Positions 8,741-19,828 of a stretch of 64,000 bases of DNA are shown one piece after another. Within the stretch, counting starts at the first letter, position 1. Each line of letters starts with the position of its first letter. The notes below the pieces were generated by a model. The model was not told where the DNA came from. It ran no database searches and saw only the letters and a list, made by a program, of their open reading frames with translations. Position numbers and translations under genes: made by a program. Origin of the DNA: an uncultured Acidobacteriota bacterium (GTDB lineage: Bacteria; Acidobacteriota; Vicinamibacteria; Vicinamibacterales; UBA8438); contig CAJWLU010000014.1 in the NCBI GenBank assembly GCA_913043225.1, forward strand, positions 18,903 through 82,902, in the 5' to 3' direction.

Positions 8741-11446
8741 ATGCCTGCCCGACTCATCTTCTTACTTGGCGTCCTTTTCGTGTTCATGGTCGTGCCGTCG
8801 GCCGTGAACCTGCTCACCGAGTGGTTCTGGTTCGGTGAAGTCGGCTACACAGCCGTCTTCATCCGCACCCTGACGGCACGCGCCACCCTGGGCGCCCTGG
8901 TGCTACTAGCAACCTTCGCACTCGTGGCGTTCAACCTGCGCACGGCGCTGGGTCAGGTCACTCGGCCCTACATGCTCTTTCCAGGCGGCGGCGACATCCA
9001 GCCGATCGTGCTCAATCAGCGCCAGCTCCAGCTGATGGGCACTGGCGTGGCCGGACTCGTGGCGGTGTTTCTGGGTCTGTTCGCCTCCAACGAGTGGCTG
9101 ACCTGGCTGCAGTTCCAGCAACAGGTGCCCTTCGGGCAGACCGACCCCTTGTTCGGACACGACGTCGCGTTCTACGTGTTCACCCTGCCGTTCCTAGATC
9201 TGCTGCGCTATCTGGCCATGGCGGCCCTCATCCTCTCGACCATCGGGTCGGGAGCCGCCTACGTGGTGTCCGGTGCTCTGGCGTTAGACCCGGCGCGGGG
9301 CCTAATCGTGGCCGAGCCCGCCCGCAAGCACCTCGGCCTCCTGCTCGCGGTGTTCTTCGTCCTACTGGCCTGCGGCGCGTATCTGGATGTCCCCCGGCTG
9401 CTAACGACACCGGGCGGGGTCGTGCACGGCGCGTCGTATGTAGACGCCGTCATGCGAGTGCCGATCCATTGGGTGTTGATGGGCGTTGCCTTGCTCGGGG
9501 CCGGTCTCTCGACCATAAGCGCCTTCACGGCCCGCAACACGCCGGCGATGGCCGCCGTGGGTCTCTACGCCCTGGTGACGGTGGCGGGCAATCTGGGCTC
9601 GGTCGCGCTCCAGCGTCTGGTGGTGACCCCCGACGAGCAGCAGCGGGAAGCCCCTTACATCGCCCACACCATCGCGGCCACGCGACAGGCATTCGGACTG
9701 GAAGCGGTCGAGGAGCGCGAACTCTCAGGCGACGAGATCCTGACGCTCGCCGATATCGAGAACAACACGGACACCATCAACAACGTCCGGCTCTGGGACC
9801 ATGAGCCGCTGCTCGACACATTCGGCCAGATTCAGGAGATCCGGACCTACTACGACTTCGCGTCGGTCGACAACGACCGGTATCTGATCGATGGCGAGTA
9901 TCGCCAGATCATGCTGTCGAGCCGGGAGCTCAACTCAGACAGCCTGCCCAACCGATCCTGGGTTAACGAACGCTTGCAATACACCCACGGATTCGGCGTC
10001 GCGATGGGCCCGGTCAACCAGGTGACCCAGGAGGGGCTGCCAGTACTGTTCATCCAGGATCTACCACCTACCTCGTCGGTGGACCTCCAAGTCGACCAGC
10101 CCAGTATCTACTTCGGCGAGCTGTCGAACGACTACGTCATCGTCAACACCAACACCGACGAGTTCCACTACCCGGAGGGCGAAGATAACGTCTCAACCCG
10201 CTACGACGGAAACGGCGGGGTGCCACTGTCAGGACTCATCCGGCGGATGCTCTACGCCGTGCAGTTCCAGGCCTACGAGATCCTGGTGAGTGGTCAACTC
10301 AGCGGCGAGAGCCGCATCATCTACCACCGGAACATCCTCGACCGCGTGACCACAGTCGCGCCGTTCCTGCGCTACGACAGCGATCCGTATCTGGTGATCT
10401 CCGAGGGGCGCCTCGTCTGGATGGTCGACGCCTACACCGTGAGCGACCGCTATCCCTACGCCCAGCCGACGGCAACCGGGGTCAACTACATCCGCAACGC
10501 GGTGAAGATCGTTATCGACGCCTACGACGGCACCATGACGTTCTACCTGGCTGACGCGGAAGACCCGGTAGCCCGGACACTGCAAGCTATTTTTCCGGAA
10601 CTGCTGCGGCCGCTCGACGACATGTCGGAGGACCTGCGGCGGCACATCCGCTATCCGGAAGGGCTGTTTACGCTCCAGACCGAGATCTACTCGACCTTCC
10701 ACATGACCAACCCGGCGGTCTTCTACAACCGTGAAGACCAGTGGGAAGTACCGGTCATCGACGGCGAGGAGATGGAGCCGTACTACACGATCATGCGGCT
10801 GCCCGGAGAACCGCGGGCCGAGTTCATCCAGATGCTCCCATTCACGCCGCGGGGGCGGAACAACATGGCCGCATGGATGGCGGCCCGCAGCGACGGTGAC
10901 CAGTACGGCAAGATCCTGGTCTTCCAGTTCCCGAAGCAGAAGCTGGTGTTCGGACCCAGCCAGGTCGTGGCCCGCATCAACCAGGACCAGGAGATCTCGC
11001 CGCAGATCACCCTCTGGAACCAGCAGGGCTCGGAGGTCATCCAGGGCACGCTCCTAGTCGTGCCGATCGAGGGAGCGCTCCTCTACATCCGACCACTGTA
11101 TCTGCGAGCGTCGGGCGGGCGGATCCCGGAGTTGCGGCGCGTCATCGTCGCCTACCAGAACCAGATCGTGATGGAAGAGACGCTCGACCAGGCGCTGGGG
11201 CAGCTGTTCCGCTCAGGGGCACCGGCCGCGCCACCGTTGGCGCCCGAGGCAATTCTCGCCAACCAGGAGACAGTGATCCCGGCGCCCGATCTTCCAGCAA
11301 CGTCGGATGACGATCCGCTGGTGAGCCAAGCCAGCGTCCACTATCAGCGCGCGCTGGCAGCGCAGCGCAACGGCGACTGGTCGCTTTATGGTGAAGAAAT
11401 CGAGCGACTGGGCGAAATCTTGGAGCAGCTGAGCTCGGGGCCGTAA
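8741..11446 (+). CDS. UPF0182 family membrane protein
   Basis: EWFWFGEVGY, DPLFGHDVAFYVFTLP, NVRLWD, YTHGFG, NYIRNAVK, PYY motifs; ATG 8741 preferred. Confidence 0.93.
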   Translation: MPARLIFLLGVLFVFMVVPSAVNLLTEWFWFGEVGYTAVFIRTLTARATLGALVLLATFALVAFNLRTALGQVTRPYMLFPGGGDIQPIVLNQRQLQLMGTGVAGLVAVFLGLFASNEWLTWLQFQQQVPFGQTDPLFGHDVAFYVFTLPFLDLLRYLAMAALILSTIGSGAAYVVSGALALDPARGLIVAEPARKHLGLLLAVFFVLLACGAYLDVPRLLTTPGGVVHGASYVDAVMRVPIHWVLMGVALLGAGLSTISAFTARNTPAMAAVGLYALVTVAGNLGSVALQRLVVTPDEQQREAPYIAHTIAATRQAFGLEAVEERELSGDEILTLADIENNTDTINNVRLWDHEPLLDTFGQIQEIRTYYDFASVDNDRYLIDGEYRQIMLSSRELNSDSLPNRSWVNERLQYTHGFGVAMGPVNQVTQEGLPVLFIQDLPPTSSVDLQVDQPSIYFGELSNDYVIVNTNTDEFHYPEGEDNVSTRYDGNGGVPLSGLIRRMLYAVQFQAYEILVSGQLSGESRIIYHRNILDRVTTVAPFLRYDSDPYLVISEGRLVWMVDAYTVSDRYPYAQPTATGVNYIRNAVKIVIDAYDGTMTFYLADAEDPVARTLQAIFPELLRPLDDMSEDLRRHIRYPEGLFTLQTEIYSTFHMTNPAVFYNREDQWEVPVIDGEEMEPYYTIMRLPGEPRAEFIQMLPFTPRGRNNMAAWMAARSDGDQYGKILVFQFPKQKLVFGPSQVVARINQDQEISPQITLWNQQGSEVIQGTLLVVPIEGALLYIRPLYLRASGGRIPELRRVIVAYQNQIVMEETLDQALGQLFRSGAPAAPPLAPEAILANQETVIPAPDLPATSDDDPLVSQASVHYQRALAAQRNGDWSLYGEEIERLGEILEQLSSGP

Positions 11447-11489
11447 TCTCTTGGGCTTTGACGGAAGTGTGACTACGGGGGGACGAGCC

Positions 11490-12797
11490 ATGTGGCTTTC
11501 ACGATTCTGGGTACTGCTGGGTATCGTTGGGGTAATGGCCGGCTGTGGCGGCGAGCCGGTGGCTCCGGAGCCGGTCGAGCCGACACCGGGCCTGACGGCA
11601 TTCGTCGGAGCCCGGATCATCGACGGTACGGGTAACGCGGCCATCGAGAACGGCGTCCTCGTCGTGCGCGACGGACGCCTCGAAGCAGTCGGCTCGGCCG
11701 ACACCACCGCGGTCCCGGCCGACGCGACTCAGGTGGATCTCGCGGGTCGCACCATCATGCCCGGCATGGTCAATGCCCACGGTCACGTCAACAACATCAG
11801 AGGCCTCGAGACAACAGACTTCAATGAAGAGCAAGTGCTCCACCAGCTCGGTCTCTACGCGCGCTACGGTGTCACCACCGTGTTTAGCCTCGGCGGCGAC
11901 AGCGAAGCCAGCGTGGCGGTTCGCGACCGCGACAACGAGAGCACGTCCCTGGATCACGCACGGCTCTTCGTCGCGGGCAACATCGTCACCGGCCCGACGC
12001 CGGACGATGCGCGGCAACAGGTCAACGCGGTGGCCGACAGCGGCGCCGACGTGGTGAAGATCCGCGTCGATGACAACCTGGGCTCTGGCACCAAGATGAC
12101 GCCAGAGACCTACCAAGCGGTCATCGACACTTCTCACGAGCGGGGCCTCAAGCTGACCGCTCACATGTACTACCTAGAGGACGCCATCGGGCTGCTGGAA
12201 GCGGGCGCGGACCTACTGGCCCACAGCGTTCGGGACCAGGCGGTGAACGACGAGTTGATCACGCTCCTGCGCAATTCGGGCGTCTGCTACTGCCCGACCC
12301 TGATGCGCGAGGTCTCGACCTTCGTGTATGAAAGCCGGCCGGAGTGGTTCGATGATCCGTTCTTTACCAGAGAAACCTCTGCCGACGTCATCGCAGCCCT
12401 CGACAGCGAGGAGTGGCGAGCGCGATCGAGCGCGCCCGGACCGCAGACCTACAAGGCGCAGCTCGAAGTAGCGAAAGAGAACGTCAAGGCCCTGTCGGAT
12501 GCGGGCATCCCGATCGCTATGGGCACCGACACCGGGCCAGCTGCGCGGTTCCAGGGCTACTTTGAGCATGGCGAGCTGGCGCTGATGGTGGAAGCCGGCC
12601 TGACGCCGATGCAGGCGATCGTCGCTTCGACCTACGACGCGGCCCGATGCCTGGAAGTGGACGCCGATCTCGGATCGCTCGAAGCGGGCAAGTGGGCCGA
12701 CTTCATGGTGATGGGCGAGAACCCGCTCGATGACATCGCCCACACCACGACGCTCGAGGCGGTCTACGTCGCCGGCAACGCGGTACCGGGGGTATAA
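11490..12797 (+). CDS. Amidohydrolase family lipoprotein
   Basis: Lipobox MAGC, PGMVNAHGH, MGTDTG, GSLEAGKWADF. Confidence 0.88.
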   Translation: MWLSRFWVLLGIVGVMAGCGGEPVAPEPVEPTPGLTAFVGARIIDGTGNAAIENGVLVVRDGRLEAVGSADTTAVPADATQVDLAGRTIMPGMVNAHGHVNNIRGLETTDFNEEQVLHQLGLYARYGVTTVFSLGGDSEASVAVRDRDNESTSLDHARLFVAGNIVTGPTPDDARQQVNAVADSGADVVKIRVDDNLGSGTKMTPETYQAVIDTSHERGLKLTAHMYYLEDAIGLLEAGADLLAHSVRDQAVNDELITLLRNSGVCYCPTLMREVSTFVYESRPEWFDDPFFTRETSADVIAALDSEEWRARSSAPGPQTYKAQLEVAKENVKALSDAGIPIAMGTDTGPAARFQGYFEHGELALMVEAGLTPMQAIVASTYDAARCLEVDADLGSLEAGKWADFMVMGENPLDDIAHTTTLEAVYVAGNAVPGV

Positions 12798-12918
12798 CGC
12801 GGACCGCCGGCGCATTGGTGCAATGGCTTGGGTTAATGCCCGCCAGGTAGCTCGGCTGCGTTCGCCGGCGACTGGCGGCTTCAGGAAGAGCAACTAGATA
12901 CTTGAGAGCGAGGACACA

Positions 12919-13878
12919 ATGACAGGCCGAATCATCCTTGGGTGCGTGGCAGGGTTGCTGCTGGCGATCGCGCCGGCCTCGGCACAGGAATGGGAGCCGC
13001 CGCGGCTCGCCAACGGGGTGCCCGACATCAATGGCATGTGGAACAACGTCGGGTCGTCCCACGTGCCGCTTGAGGTCCCAGACGATCTCGCAGGCAAGAC
13101 GCTCACCGAAGACGAGCGACTCGAGCTTTTCACAGCTCGGTCCGACCGCGCCAAGGCGGCGCAATGGGAAGGGCACGAGAACAGCCGGGGTGTCGGCGCC
13201 TACGCCAACTACTGGTTCGACTGGTATTGGAGAGAGCCGGTAGCCGGTGAAGCGCCAGCGCTCATCATCGATCCCCCCATCGGTAAGCGACCGGCATTCA
13301 CCGAGCGAGCTCGAGACAGCGTGCAGTATTACCGGGACCATCTCCATGACCAGGCTGCGAACATGGAGGCGGGTGACCGGTGTCTCTCCCGCGGCGTGTT
13401 CGGCATGATGATGCCGACCGCGTACAACAACGGCAAACTGATCGTGCAGACCGAGGATCACATCCTCATCCACAGCGAGATGATCCATAACGCCCGGATC
13501 ATTCCGATCGACTCGGGTCCGCACGTCAGCGACAAGATCACCCAGTGGGAAGGCGACCCCCGCGGCTACTGGGAAGGCAACACGCTGGTGGTCGAGTCGA
13601 CCAACTTCAAAGCGGTGGGCAACATGCGGGCACCCGGGTCACGGGCTCCGCAGCATACAGGCCGCCGGATGGTGGAGCGGTTCACATTCGTTGACGACGA
13701 GACGCTGAACTACGAGCTGACCGTCGACGACCAAGAGACCTACACCGCCCCATGGACGGTGGCCTTCCCTTACAAGAAAGACGAGGCGTATCAGCAGTTC
13801 GAGTACGCCTGCCATGAAGGTAATTGGGCCGTGCCCAACTCACTGAGCGGCGCCCGGGCCGAAGAGCGCGCGCAGTAA
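12919..13878 (+). CDS. Secreted hypothetical protein (paralog of 17892-18878)
   Basis: Signal peptide; GxPDxxGxW, DRC, WEGDPRGYWEGNTLVVESTNF, EYACHEGN motifs. Confidence 0.8.
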   Translation: MTGRIILGCVAGLLLAIAPASAQEWEPPRLANGVPDINGMWNNVGSSHVPLEVPDDLAGKTLTEDERLELFTARSDRAKAAQWEGHENSRGVGAYANYWFDWYWREPVAGEAPALIIDPPIGKRPAFTERARDSVQYYRDHLHDQAANMEAGDRCLSRGVFGMMMPTAYNNGKLIVQTEDHILIHSEMIHNARIIPIDSGPHVSDKITQWEGDPRGYWEGNTLVVESTNFKAVGNMRAPGSRAPQHTGRRMVERFTFVDDETLNYELTVDDQETYTAPWTVAFPYKKDEAYQQFEYACHEGNWAVPNSLSGARAEERAQ

Positions 13879-15659
13879 TGAACATCGGCGCAGCCCACCG
13901 GGGCCATCTCCCTCGCGCGGCCTCAGGGCTAACGCTGCTGACGCTGGGTCTCTGGGCCTCGGCCGCCGGAGCCCAGAACCTGGACTGGTCGAGCCAGAAC
14001 CTCAACCTCGACAACAACCGGTTCGCCGCGGTGGACGAGGTCGACCGCGGGAACGTGGACCGGCTCGTCGAATCCTGGTCGTACGAGGTCGGCCCCACCG
14101 ACAACATCAGCCAGACCACGCCCGTGGTCATCGACGGGATCATGTATCTGCACTCACGGTCGACGCTGTTCGCGCTCGACGCGACCACGGGTGAAGAGTT
14201 GTGGCAGGCCGTGCTCGACGCCGGTGACCCGGGCGGCAGCCCTGTGCGTGGACCGACATTCGCCGACGGCAATGTGTACGCCTATCGAGGCGCCGACCTC
14301 TATGCCATGAACGGGAGGACGGGTGAACCGGTCGAAACGTTTGGCGACGGAGGGGTCCTGCCAGTCGTCAGCGCGGCGCTCCAGGCGAAGTATCCAGACG
14401 ACTTCCCACCGAATCTGGACCCGGTCAGCATCGGCTATCGCATCACCACTCCGCCGGCGTATCACGACAGCACAATGTATGTAGCGGCGGCGCTGTCGGA
14501 GGGACACATCCCGGGCGGGTTGGTCATCGCCACCGACTCTGACACCGGCGCGGTGAAGTGGGTGTTTAACACCATCCCGCAGGGCCCACAGGACTCGGGG
14601 TGGGAGATTGCACGGGACACCTGGGGGGACGGGGCTCGCGCCGGCGGCGGCATCTGGACGCAACCGGCGGTCGACACCGACCTAGGACTCGTCTATGTCA
14701 ACGCCGGGAACCCCTCACCGGACTACGATGGTTCGGCGCGGCATGGCATCAACCTCTTCACCAATGCCACCATCGCTCTGGATCTCGAGACCGGCGAGCT
14801 GCGGTGGTACTACCAGGCCGTACACCACGACCTGTGGGACTGGGACCACGTAACCGGCCCGGTCCTGTTCGACGTGCCGGATCCCGAGGGCGGCATCCTC
14901 AAGGGCGTGGCGGCGGCCGGCAAGAACTGCCTGTTCTACATGTGGGACCGGGAAACGGGCGAGCCGCTCCATCCGATGGTGGAAACCATCGTGCCGACCG
15001 AGACCGACGTCCCCGGTGAGCAGGCCTGGCCCACGCAGCCGATACCCTACAACGCGGCCGGCGTGCCAATGACGCCGCTCTGCGCAACGTTCGTGGATCT
15101 TGAAGATCCCGAGCAGATGGCCCGTTCGAGCCAGCTCTACTCTCCCTACTGGATCAGCAAGGAGGTCATCGTGCCTCACGGTGGGTCGAGCTTCGGGTCG
15201 CCATCGTTCAGCCCCAACACCGGCCTCGTGTATGTGACAGGGAAGAACGGCGCCATCGCCCTGGTGGTCAAGCCGGTGGGCGACTCGCTCGAACCTGGTC
15301 CGGACAGTCGGGGACACACAGACAGCTACGAGACGATCGACCGGATCATGGAAGGCTTCCCTCCGGAGGTGACCGTCTCGGCCTACGACCCGCTGACCGG
15401 GGAGCAGACCTGGCAAGCGATTCTGCCGGCCGAGACCGCCATCGGCGCCAGCGGCAACTTGGTCACGGCCGGCGACCTCGTGTTCCAGGGCGTAGAGGAC
15501 GGGGGCTTCTACGCCCTCGATGCCCGCACCGGTGACGAGCTGTTCGAGTACGAGGCGCCCCGACCGATCCGGTCGAGCCCGATGACCTATCAAGTCAACG
15601 GTAAGCAGTATGTGACCGTGGTCGCCACCAACACCGTCATCACCCTAGCGCTGCCATAG
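13878..15659 (+). CDS. PQQ-binding beta-propeller protein (quinoprotein dehydrogenase-like)
   Basis: [20 protein letters not shown] repeats, [38 protein letters not shown] coupling with the upstream gene. Confidence 0.9.
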   Translation: MNIGAAHRGHLPRAASGLTLLTLGLWASAAGAQNLDWSSQNLNLDNNRFAAVDEVDRGNVDRLVESWSYEVGPTDNISQTTPVVIDGIMYLHSRSTLFALDATTGEELWQAVLDAGDPGGSPVRGPTFADGNVYAYRGADLYAMNGRTGEPVETFGDGGVLPVVSAALQAKYPDDFPPNLDPVSIGYRITTPPAYHDSTMYVAAALSEGHIPGGLVIATDSDTGAVKWVFNTIPQGPQDSGWEIARDTWGDGARAGGGIWTQPAVDTDLGLVYVNAGNPSPDYDGSARHGINLFTNATIALDLETGELRWYYQAVHHDLWDWDHVTGPVLFDVPDPEGGILKGVAAAGKNCLFYMWDRETGEPLHPMVETIVPTETDVPGEQAWPTQPIPYNAAGVPMTPLCATFVDLEDPEQMARSSQLYSPYWISKEVIVPHGGSSFGSPSFSPNTGLVYVTGKNGAIALVVKPVGDSLEPGPDSRGHTDSYETIDRIMEGFPPEVTVSAYDPLTGEQTWQAILPAETAIGASGNLVTAGDLVFQGVEDGGFYALDARTGDELFEYEAPRPIRSSPMTYQVNGKQYVTVVATNTVITLALP

Positions 15660-15699
15660 CCGCTGCTCGTCGCCTCCGCGACCAGACAGGGAGGCCTCC

Positions 15700-15822
15700 T
15701 TGCTCAACGTCATTCCCAGCCGTGTCACCGCCCGGATGAACGGCGACTTCATCGTTTTCCTGATCGCCCTGCGGACCAATAAGCCCTGGAAGCTGCACAA
15801 GTGGCTGCCGGTGGGCCGCGCC
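15700..15822 (+). pseudogene. N-terminal relic of a DUF4188-like protein, in frame with the downstream amidohydrolase
   Basis: GGAGG then [38 protein letters not shown] resembles the DUF4188 N-terminus as I recall it. Confidence 0.55.
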
Positions 15823-17115
15823 ATGCGAATTGCGACCCTCGTCATCACCCTCCTTCTCACGCTGCCAGTCAGCCGGGCAGCCGCTCAGCATTCCGAGATC
15901 GACCGGGCGGTGGAGCGACTGGTGCCGCAAATCATCGAGCTTCGCCACCAGATCCACCAGAACCCCGAACTCGGCAACCGGGAAACCGAAACTGCGGCGC
16001 TCGTCGCGGCACATCTGCGAGAGCTTGGCTTCGACCACGTGCGCACCGGCGTCGCCCACACCGGCGTGGTGGCAATCCTGCGCGGAGGGAAACCAGGTCC
16101 GGTGATCGCGGTCCGGGCGGACATGGACGCGCTGCCGGTCACCGAAGAGACCGACCTACCGTTCCGTTCGACCAGGCGGACGACCTATCTGGGACAGGAG
16201 GTCGGCGTCATGCACGCGTGCGGGCACGACATCCACACCGCCGTGCAGCTCGGGGTGGCGTCGGTGCTCAAAGCGTTGCAACCGGATCTGCCCGGGACCG
16301 TGATGTTCCTCTTCCAGCCAGCCGAGGAGGGCCCCCCACCCGGCGAAGAGGGCGGCGCAGCTCTGATGCTCGCCGAGGGGGTGTTCGACACACTCCGCCC
16401 AGAGGCGATTTTCGGGCTGCACGCCAGCGCGCACCTCAACGTTGGACGGGCGGCCTACACCCCGGGTGGCGCGCTCGCGGCCGTCGACCACTTCCGGATC
16501 ACCATCCGGGGTCAACAGGCCCACGGCGCCGCTCCCCATCTCAGCATCGACCCTGTGGTCATGGCCTCGCAGGCGGTCACAACACTGCAGACGATCCGAT
16601 CACGGAACTTGTCGCCACTGGCGCCCAGCGTTATCACGGTCGGCATGATCAGGGGCGGGACGCGGTTCAACATCATCCCGGGTGAGGTGGCGCTGGAAGG
16701 GACGGTCCGGACTTACGACCCGGCGGTCCAGGACACCGTCGAGCGGCGGATGCATGAGATTCTCGACGGCATCACTCGGGCCGGCGGGGGATCGTTCGAG
16801 CTCGACTACGATCGGATCACGCCCGTCACCATCAACGACCTGGAACTCACCGGGCGGTCGGTGGCCAGCCTGGTGGCGGCGCTCGGCGCCGATCAAGTGT
16901 CAGAGGCCGACCCCTGGATGGCCGGCGAGGACTTCTCGCTGTTCGCCAACGAGGTGCCTGGGTTCTTCTACATGCTGGGCACCCTTGCCCCCGGCACCAC
17001 CTCGGGCGACCATCACTCACCGACGTTCCGGGCTGATGACACGGCGCTCCCGGCCGGGATGCGCACGATGGCCTACACGCTGTGGGACTACCTAACCCGC
17101 GGCAGCGGGCGATAG
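15823..17115 (+). CDS. M20D family amidohydrolase/carboxypeptidase (secreted)
   Basis: Signal peptide from ATG 15823; [30 protein letters not shown]. Confidence 0.92.
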   Translation: MRIATLVITLLLTLPVSRAAAQHSEIDRAVERLVPQIIELRHQIHQNPELGNRETETAALVAAHLRELGFDHVRTGVAHTGVVAILRGGKPGPVIAVRADMDALPVTEETDLPFRSTRRTTYLGQEVGVMHACGHDIHTAVQLGVASVLKALQPDLPGTVMFLFQPAEEGPPPGEEGGAALMLAEGVFDTLRPEAIFGLHASAHLNVGRAAYTPGGALAAVDHFRITIRGQQAHGAAPHLSIDPVVMASQAVTTLQTIRSRNLSPLAPSVITVGMIRGGTRFNIIPGEVALEGTVRTYDPAVQDTVERRMHEILDGITRAGGGSFELDYDRITPVTINDLELTGRSVASLVAALGADQVSEADPWMAGEDFSLFANEVPGFFYMLGTLAPGTTSGDHHSPTFRADDTALPAGMRTMAYTLWDYLTRGSGR

Positions 17116-17118
17116 TCG

Positions 17119-17895
17119 TCAGGAAACGAAGCGCGCGGTCGCCACCCCGACCCCTCGGACCTCCACCTCAACTTGTCCCGGACCATCGATCCGAACCAGC
17201 GCCACCGGTGCTCCGGGGATCACCACGCTTCCGGCGGCCAGAGCACATCCGTGACGACACAAGGCGTCCAGCAGCCAGGCAAGAGACCGGAGGGGGCCGC
17301 CCATAATCTCCGACGCCGGCGCCGCCTCGGCTTCCACTCCATCAACCCGCACCGACATACGCTCGTTGTTCAGCCCGAGTCCGTCGGGCGACATCGCCCG
17401 GGCACCAACCACGAGACCCGCGTGCATACCACCTGAACAGACTAGCTCCTGCGCCGACACAGCCCCGGCCCAGAAATGGAAGTGGTGCAGCTCGATCCCG
17501 ACCCGCACCTCCTGAATCGCGCCTCGGAGCCGTGCGGTCGGTAGCCCCGTCCCTTCGAGGTCCTCGCCGATCGTCAGCACCAGTTCCGGCTCGACCGCGC
17601 AGGAAGCAAAGTCGGCGGCCGAGAGCGTGACGCCGTCGGGATGAAACCGGGAGCTGAAGATGGGCGCGAAGATTGGTTCCGTGAGACCCAGCTGATCTCG
17701 GACGGCTGGGCTAGTGCAGCCAACCTTGTAGCCAGCCGGCGTCTCGCCCCGGGCGGCGCGGAGCGCGCACACCCTGGACTGGACGCCGTAGGCGTCGGCA
17801 AGGGACAGCGCACCGAGGTCAGGCGGAGAGCCAGGCCAGTGCAGCTCATCGAACGCGTGGAGGAAGCCTGTGGCCAGCCGGTCGAGACGACTCAG
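17119..17895 (-). CDS. 2-keto-4-pentenoate hydratase / FAH family protein
   Basis: DAYGVQ, GYKVGCTS, VEPE, MGGPLRSLAWL; frame open to a CTG at 17895 overlapping the upstream TGA. Confidence 0.85.
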   Translation of the reverse strand: MSRLDRLATGFLHAFDELHWPGSPPDLGALSLADAYGVQSRVCALRAARGETPAGYKVGCTSPAVRDQLGLTEPIFAPIFSSRFHPDGVTLSAADFASCAVEPELVLTIGEDLEGTGLPTARLRGAIQEVRVGIELHHFHFWAGAVSAQELVCSGGMHAGLVVGARAMSPDGLGLNNERMSVRVDGVEAEAAPASEIMGGPLRSLAWLLDALCRHGCALAAGSVVIPGAPVALVRIDGPGQVEVEVRGVGVATARFVS

Positions 17896-18878
17896 CGTCC
17901 GAGCTCTTCCATTCGCGCCCCGGCGAGCACGTTGATCATGGAGTAGTTCCGCTCGTGACAGGCAAACTCGTAGATCACACCCGAGGTCACGCCGCGGGAC
18001 AGGTGGTCAGTCGTCATTGGTGCCGACGCCGTCCAGGGCTGGTTGAAGACCTCCGGATCTTCCATCGTGAACGTGTAGTCGATGGACTGTGGGCCCACCC
18101 GGGTGAACCGCTCGACCAGCTTCAGCGTCGACCGCGACTTGCGCCAAGGCGAACTCCAGTAAGCATCGGGCTTATCGACGAAGTTGACCGTTTCCACGAC
18201 CAGCGTGTCGTCCTCCCAGCGTCCGCGTGCTTCTCCGGTCCACTGGCCGATGCCGGTCAGCGGCCGATCGGAAATCGGGATGACGCGCAGCTCGTGGTAC
18301 ATCTCGTGGAGCATCACCACTTCGCCCGGCGTCTGGAAGATCTGCAGGTTCATGTTGTAGGGCTGGAGCGGCACCATGTTCGGCAGCCCGTCGGTGATGC
18401 ACCGCTCGCCGGTATCCATGTCCGTCCAGCTGTGGAACGGCCCGACGCCGTAGCGTGCCACTTCCGTATCATAGGCCGCTCTGGCGGCGGGATCGACCCA
18501 CGGAATCTGACCGTTGGCCGGCTCGATGATCAGCGACGTCCGGAGGGTGCCGGTGACCGCGGTGCCGGAGTCCAGCCAGACCTGGTTGTAGCCACCGACG
18601 CTGCCGGGCGCTGCCTTGCCATCATTGGCAACCCGGGTCTCAATGGTCTGGCGCTCCATGGCCGACGCTTCCTCGGCGGTCAGCTCGGCCTTGTCGCCAA
18701 AACGCTCCGGCCGTTCGAGCGGTGTCAGGGTGGCCGAGGTCCAGACCCCCATCAGATCCGGCTCGCCCCACGGCGTCATCGGCGCCGTCCACTCGTTCCC
18801 AGACTGGGCCCAACCGAGCGAGGCCACGCCGATCGTCACGACACTCACGAGCACGAACACGCGGATGCGGTCACGCAT
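17892..18878 (-). CDS. Secreted hypothetical protein (paralog of 12919-13878)
   Basis: Signal peptide; WGEPDLMGVW, ERC, GEARGRWEDDTLVVETVNF, EFACHERN. Confidence 0.8.
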   Translation of the reverse strand: MRDRIRVFVLVSVVTIGVASLGWAQSGNEWTAPMTPWGEPDLMGVWTSATLTPLERPERFGDKAELTAEEASAMERQTIETRVANDGKAAPGSVGGYNQVWLDSGTAVTGTLRTSLIIEPANGQIPWVDPAARAAYDTEVARYGVGPFHSWTDMDTGERCITDGLPNMVPLQPYNMNLQIFQTPGEVVMLHEMYHELRVIPISDRPLTGIGQWTGEARGRWEDDTLVVETVNFVDKPDAYWSSPWRKSRSTLKLVERFTRVGPQSIDYTFTMEDPEVFNQPWTASAPMTTDHLSRGVTSGVIYEFACHERNYSMINVLAGARMEELGR

Positions 18879-18925
18879 AGTCTGGTTCCCTTCAGTAGTG
18901 ATTCGACCCGCACAGAATAGCAGGT

Positions 18926-19822
18926 CTACCCGTCGTTCGACGTGTCCCCAGGCGACTGACCAAGCTCCGCGATCAGCCCGACCAGCGCCGCCAGATCCCT
19001 CCGGCCCCAGTCGCGTCCAGCGAGGCCGTTGATGAGTTGCATGGTGACGGCCGCCGCCGGAGCTGCCGCGCCCTGCGCATGGGCTAGTCCAAGCGCCAGA
19101 TGCATGTCCTTGTGGTAGAGCCGCGACTCGATGCCGGCCTCGAAGTCGCGGGCCGCCATCTTAGCGCCGAACGCGTCCAGGACCCGGCTGGACGCCATCC
19201 CCGCCATCATGACCTGCCGGACCTGCTCGACATCGAGCCCACACTGGCTGGCGAGATTCAGCGCCTCGGCCGCGCCCTGGGCGTTGACCAAGAGCGCCAG
19301 CTGATGGCAGAGCTTGGTGGTCTGCCCGGCGCCATGGTCCCCCAGATGCATCACCGTCGGCCCCAGACTGGCAAACAGCGGGCGGGCTCGCTCGAGTGCC
19401 CCTGCCGGGCCGCCCACCATGATCGCCAGCGTGGCGTCCTGGGCCCCCTTCGGTCCGCCGGACACCGGCGCGTCGAGCATGTCGACCCCGATGTCGGCGA
19501 GCGACGAGGCGATCTCACGCGTCACTCCGGGATCGATGGTGCTCATGTCGATCACGAGGGAGCCCGAACGCAGACCGGCCCGCAGTCCGTCCTCACCGAG
19601 CACGACTCCCCGAACGTCCTCGGTACTCGTCACCATGGTGAACACCACGTCGGAGAGGGCTCCGAGCGCCGCCGGGGTCTCGACGCCGGTTGCCCCCTCG
19701 GCCACGAGCGGAGCCGCCGACTCGGCGCGCCGCGACCACACCGCCATTGCGTGACCACCGCGCATCAGGTTGAGCGCCATCGGGCGCCCCATCGTGCCGA
19801 GACCAATAAATCCCAGTTGCAT
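18926..19822 (-). CDS. 3-hydroxyisobutyrate dehydrogenase / tartronate-semialdehyde reductase family oxidoreductase
   Basis: GFIGLGTMG, DMST, DAPVSGG, GAGQTTKL. Confidence 0.92.
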   Translation of the reverse strand: MQLGFIGLGTMGRPMALNLMRGGHAMAVWSRRAESAAPLVAEGATGVETPAALGALSDVVFTMVTSTEDVRGVVLGEDGLRAGLRSGSLVIDMSTIDPGVTREIASSLADIGVDMLDAPVSGGPKGAQDATLAIMVGGPAGALERARPLFASLGPTVMHLGDHGAGQTTKLCHQLALLVNAQGAAEALNLASQCGLDVEQVRQVMMAGMASSRVLDAFGAKMAARDFEAGIESRLYHKDMHLALGLAHAQGAAAPAAAVTMQLINGLAGRDWGRRDLAALVGLIAELGQSPGDTSNDG

Positions 19823-19828
19823 GACGGC

